DNA of 61,772 bases, counting the filler, from Bipalium vagum (taxonomy: Eukaryota), in assembly GCA_037834085.1 (NCBI GenBank). It is 3 parts of 3 records of this genome, joined end to end, with 100 filler letters (N's around TTAATTAATTAA, not from the genome) between each part and the next. Parts side by side here need not be neighbours in the genome. Positions count along the whole stretch, not along the records: positions 43,487 to 61,772 come from JBBMKC010033868.1; 2 more parts are not named here. One strand, 5' to 3'. The position numbers were made by a program, and so were the translations under genes. Positions 57,250 through 61,772 of the stretch are shown piece by piece (the stretch's first letter is position 1; every line of letters starts with the position of its first letter). The notes under the pieces were generated by a model. It saw only the letters and a program-made list of their open reading frames with translations, was not told where the DNA came from and did not search any database.

Positions 57250-57725
57250 TAGTTAATAAAAATGAATACGGAGAACTAGTATTCGTAGCCATGCGGAAAA
57301 TAAAAGGAATGACATACGAAAAAATTATATATAAATTTGAAAGAAAAATTCAAATAAAGACTATCAGATAAATCTGTTCGTCAGTTGTTGATGAAATTTC
57401 CGAAGACTGGTTCTGTTCATAATATTAGTAAAAGTGTTAGTAAAGAAAGTCTGGAGAAAGAAACGAATTGGTTAGAGAAACCTTTGAGCAGAAACCACAA
57501 ATGTCGATTCGTAAAGTTGGCTGTAAACTTGTTACAAATTTCACATATGTTCATCTACAGAGTCCTAAAAACTGTTCTGAAGAAAAAATTCTATCATCTT
57601 CAAGTTTTTCACAGCCTACACGAAAAGATTATCCCCGCAGAGCAAATTGAAAATTCCAATTTAATGAACAACATTTTGATGAATCAACCTTTCACACTTG
57701 CGGAAAAGTTAATGGTCATTTTAAA
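57250..57725 (+). mobile_element. rosa/DD41D-like transposase fragment
   Basis: KFPKTGSV, VRETFEQKPQMSIRK, YHLQVFHSL, DESTFHTCGKVN across frameshifts. Confidence 0.75.
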
Positions 57726-57829
57726 ACAAGATTTGATCAGTAAATCTTTCAAATAAGATATATAGATTGTGTGAAAAGTTATGAAAGAAAAATTTATTTT
57801 TTATTGAAATTGATTTTATTATCGGAGAT

Positions 57830-59000
57830 AATCTCCTAACAATTCAACACACTTAGTACAGTTCTTTTCCAATAAATCTATACCGTATCTAAAGTGAAAT
57901 TTCGGAAGGCCTGCGAAATAATGGTATATCGGTGCCATAACTTCTCAATTATTTTAGGATTCTAAAATTATAGATGTTACCGTAAGCTAAATCTTGAGAA
58001 AAGGTAGTTTCTCTATCAAATAATTATCTAATTCTTTGATTTCTGCCACTGATAAAACACACTGTCCTTATTAAAAAATTTTTTCTGTAAACCAGGCTTG
58101 TACATTAGTATGAATTATTAGCCTTGCTTTTCCAAGTAGTTTATTAGCAGAACATCTTTGACATACAAAAAACTGTTGTCATTATAAGGTATGATTCGAA
58201 CAATTAGTTAGCTTGAACTTTTTTAAATAAGGACCTCAGACCTAAATTAACAATTATTAAATGTTTTTGATTTAAAATTTTTAAAATTATAAATAAATAT
58301 TTTAAATATATATTAGTAAATTTTAAAAAGGTAAATAATTTAATTTTAAGTCCAAGTTTGAAAAGTTTGTTTGTTAACTGGATTTATGAAATATATTATT
58401 ATTGCTTTGATTTTGAATTCTTATTTACTAATGAATACAAAAGATTATAACAGTCATCACCATTTTATCGTTTGGGCTCTCTTCATCTGCTTTAGAAATG
58501 ACATTTAGTTTCAATTCACTGTAGACGTTCTCGTTTTAATTTAATATCATAGTGATAAATCTAAATTTCCTTTAAAGTTATGAAAAAAACAAAACTCGTT
58601 TTATTTGTATTATAAAAATCCAAAGTTTATTTATAAATTTGTTTTCTAAAAATATTTTGTTTAATTGATAAATAATGCCTCATTATTCTAAGGGAAAAAT
58701 TTCTTCATTTGTAAAGCTATTGAAATATAACGATACTGCTCTTCTGAAATGACCAAGGTTTCATAAATTTCAAGTCTCTTTACAGTGGAATCTTTAGGTA
58801 CAAAGTGTAAACTGTATGCATCGTCTGCAAACTTGTTCGACCACGTTTAAACTACAAAGCCCATTAAGGTACAGATTCTTTTATAATATTAACCATCTTA
58901 CTGTGAATTTCTGAAGCAGTTAATCATTAGGAAAAAACTTTGATCACTGCTAAAAATTACATTTTTTACACTAATAACTAAGTGATTGATTCAAACAATA
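57830..59000 (-). mobile_element. Fragmented mariner
   Basis: EIHSKMVN...FKRGRTSL near 58.85 kb and YFAGLPKFHFRYGIDLLEKNCTKCVELLGDY near 57.85 kb. Confidence 0.65.
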
Positions 59001-61708
59001 TTTTAAACGTGTTACTGGTTCTGCTAAAGTTAAGAATGTTCACTAATAGGTATTCTGAGATGACACTGTTTTCCACTTATGTATGTCTAATTTATCCATG
59101 ACATTAGAATTTGCATACAATTTTAGCTTGCAGTACTGTAGGCATTGGGGTTTTAATTTTTTAATGTTAAATTTTAAGAAACCTAAAAAGATAATTTAAT
59201 ATGAAAATGATAATGATTATTAATATTTAACCGGGTTAAGAATATCGATAGTGAACTTTTTAGGAACTTAACATAAAATATCTGCAAATTCAGAAGTATT
59301 TAGTGCGCGTATGTTCGAACAATCCGAGTGACAATAAAAATGTTGATTACTAAAAGTGAACTTTTCAAATTTATTAACAGATTCTGATTTCAAAACCTTT
59401 TAAGCTTTTAAATCGATAAAAGAAAAACTTTTAAAACGATAAACTTTCAATCGATATACTGAGATAACATGTTGATTTTTATAAAATATATTTTTTATAT
59501 AAATCTCACAACTTTATTTTTTTAATACAATTTTACTTTTAAGTTAAAACCAGAGATAAGGAGTTAATAGAAAAGTCAGATCACCCTTCGGTATCTTACT
59601 CTCAAGGGCCCTCAGATATAAATTCGGTTCTCCGTCCTACTTGACGTGAAGAACACAAAAAAAGAAAATACTGGGAAATAAGAAAAAGGATAACAATTAT
59701 TTGATCCTAAGGTATTGCAGTAGCTGTCCAATCCTTAGTATTTACTTAATTTAATTAATAACTTATAATTCATAATCGAATTATAGTTTTTAATTTTTAT
59801 TATTATGTTTTACTTAAGTATCGGTTCACCTGCGAACAGTTTGAAGCCAAAAAATATTTTATATTTATTTATTTAATAATAAAAGTTTGTTTAGACTTGT
59901 AATCAAATCTAATAAACTTGTCAAATTAAAATAATTTACTATTTATTGACGATTTCTCTTTGAAGCTGGTCACCGAGACGAATGATTATGTTTCGTAGAT
60001 TTTTCACGTGGACTTCCGAATTTACTATGAATATTTTTCCGAATAGGGTTGAGGATTGTCCCAAATATGACTCTGAATAGTGTTTGCTTTTCTCTGGTGT
60101 TCTTCGGGTTTTCTTCCTGATCTCTTGAATGCTTCAGACGGTATCCGTATTTATTTTTTGTCCTTCTTGTGACTAATTTGTGTGTGTGTGTTCATACTGA
60201 AATACTTCAGTATTTATATTATTTTATTTTTCAATATTTTTAATTATAGTAACTTAATGTTACTATTTTTAGATTTTACCTTAAAACTTTTTACTATAAA
60301 TTTATTTATAGTAACATTGATTAAAAATTTTTTATAAATTACTCATCAAAATGATTAATTTTTTAATTAATTATAATAATAATTTTTTATTTTATATATA
60401 TTATTATATTATTTTGTTTTATATTTTATATTCTTTTTTATATTTTATATTAAACAGATGAGAAAGAGAATTATTAAAATCAAATTCCGGGTTTTAACTT
60501 TTACAAATAAATAAAATTACAAAAATTATATATTGTTTTTTATACATCAAATGAATCACTAAATAATCACTAAAATGTTTAAAATCAATAATGTTATTGT
60601 TTTGAGGGTTTTGATTGCTTTGGCTGGATTGACATTTTTGAAGGGTTTGGTTGAATTGGTTTGTCAGAAGGTGAGAGTCTCCACATTAATATATACACAC
60701 ATTATACACACATTAATATATATAATATTTATATTACTTTTAGATCTTCTTGTTCTGCAACTTTTCTATTATCATGGAGTTTCTAAGCCATTAAAAAATG
60801 ATATTTTTTAGTACCTTATTTAATTCTTTTTATTTTCTTTTAAATTTAGACTATCTTTTTTCATATTATTCTCAGTATTAGTTGTTTAATCGTATCATTG
60901 ATGATCTTTTCCATTTTCATAACTGGATATGCATTCTTTGTTAATCTTCGCTTAATACTCAGTATACCATCTATATATTTGTAGTCTTTATTAAATCATT
61001 TTTATATTTTTCTTCAAGGAAACTATTATTTGAAGCATATTCTCCTGTATTCGTCTTTTGTCTAATATATTATCGATCCAATTCAGTTTTAAGCCATTTA
61101 TATAGCAAAATGTAAAATTTTTATTTTAATAAAATCAATTTAAATCTATTTGAAACTCTGTTAAAATACGTGTTATTTTTCTGAATAATACAATTAATGT
61201 ATAAAATTTAAATTTATTTTATAATTTGATATTTCTTATTGAAAACATAATGCCAAAATGTATTATAAATACTCACATCAGGCACTCCTTGTTGTATAAA
61301 TATGATCAAGACACCATAGCTCACAAAAGATTCTGAAAAAAATCTTTTAAATTAATATAAATATAAAATAACTTGTAATCAAACCCTTCGATAAAATAAT
61401 AAAATACTTTAAAATAGATAAGTTGCCTGGACTTTTGTATGATGAACATTCTTAATTCATCGTTTAAATCTTCTTATCGCTTTAGTTTTTTCATTTTTGC
61501 TTCTTAAATATTGACTTTATATTTTCATTATATTAAAATCTAAAATTATCCATTTTCTATTACTATTTTATTTATGCTTTTTCGGTTATGTGGTCATATA
61601 CACTGCACATGATCCTTTTCTCCATCAGCATGTTAAGCCAATAATAGTTCAACTGGTATCTCATGATTTAGAATGGTACTGTTTTTCTACATATCAATAA
61701 TAATATTG

Positions 61709-61710
<2 letters not shown>

Positions 61711-61772
<62 letters not shown>
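61711..61772. repeat. (AAT)n microsatellite
   Basis: Direct observation. Confidence 0.95.

Overview
Very AT-rich eukaryotic DNA with several short 49-80 nt GT-AG introns, (AAT)n microsatellites and dense decayed Tc1/mariner copies. A triclad flatworm (planarian) is my guess from these traits, not a proven origin. Host genes: (1) the 5' part of a multi-exon SR-protein kinase gene (SRPK) on the minus strand from 37697 down to at least 9924, whose C-terminal kinase lobe I did not find in the window; (2) a small two-exon plus-strand gene (ATG 47650, then 47948-48184) encoding a 79-aa protein with a predicted signal peptide and three KR-delimited PVS(M/I)PF Trp/Tyr-rich repeats, which I do not recognise and rank as the best novelty candidate. 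Most of the remainder is transposon relics: mariner, Tc1, maT/rosa-like, pogo/Tigger, Merlin, MITEs, Gypsy-type LTR remnants and R2/NeSL-like non-LTR remnants. One LTR relic carries a T-arm-deficient tRNA-Ala whose flanks extend the acceptor stem to 20 bp, and both Gypsy clusters sit beside decayed Cys-rich ORFs. Two gaps contain an artificial N44-TTAATTAATTAA-N44 linker, so adjacency across them is uncertain.
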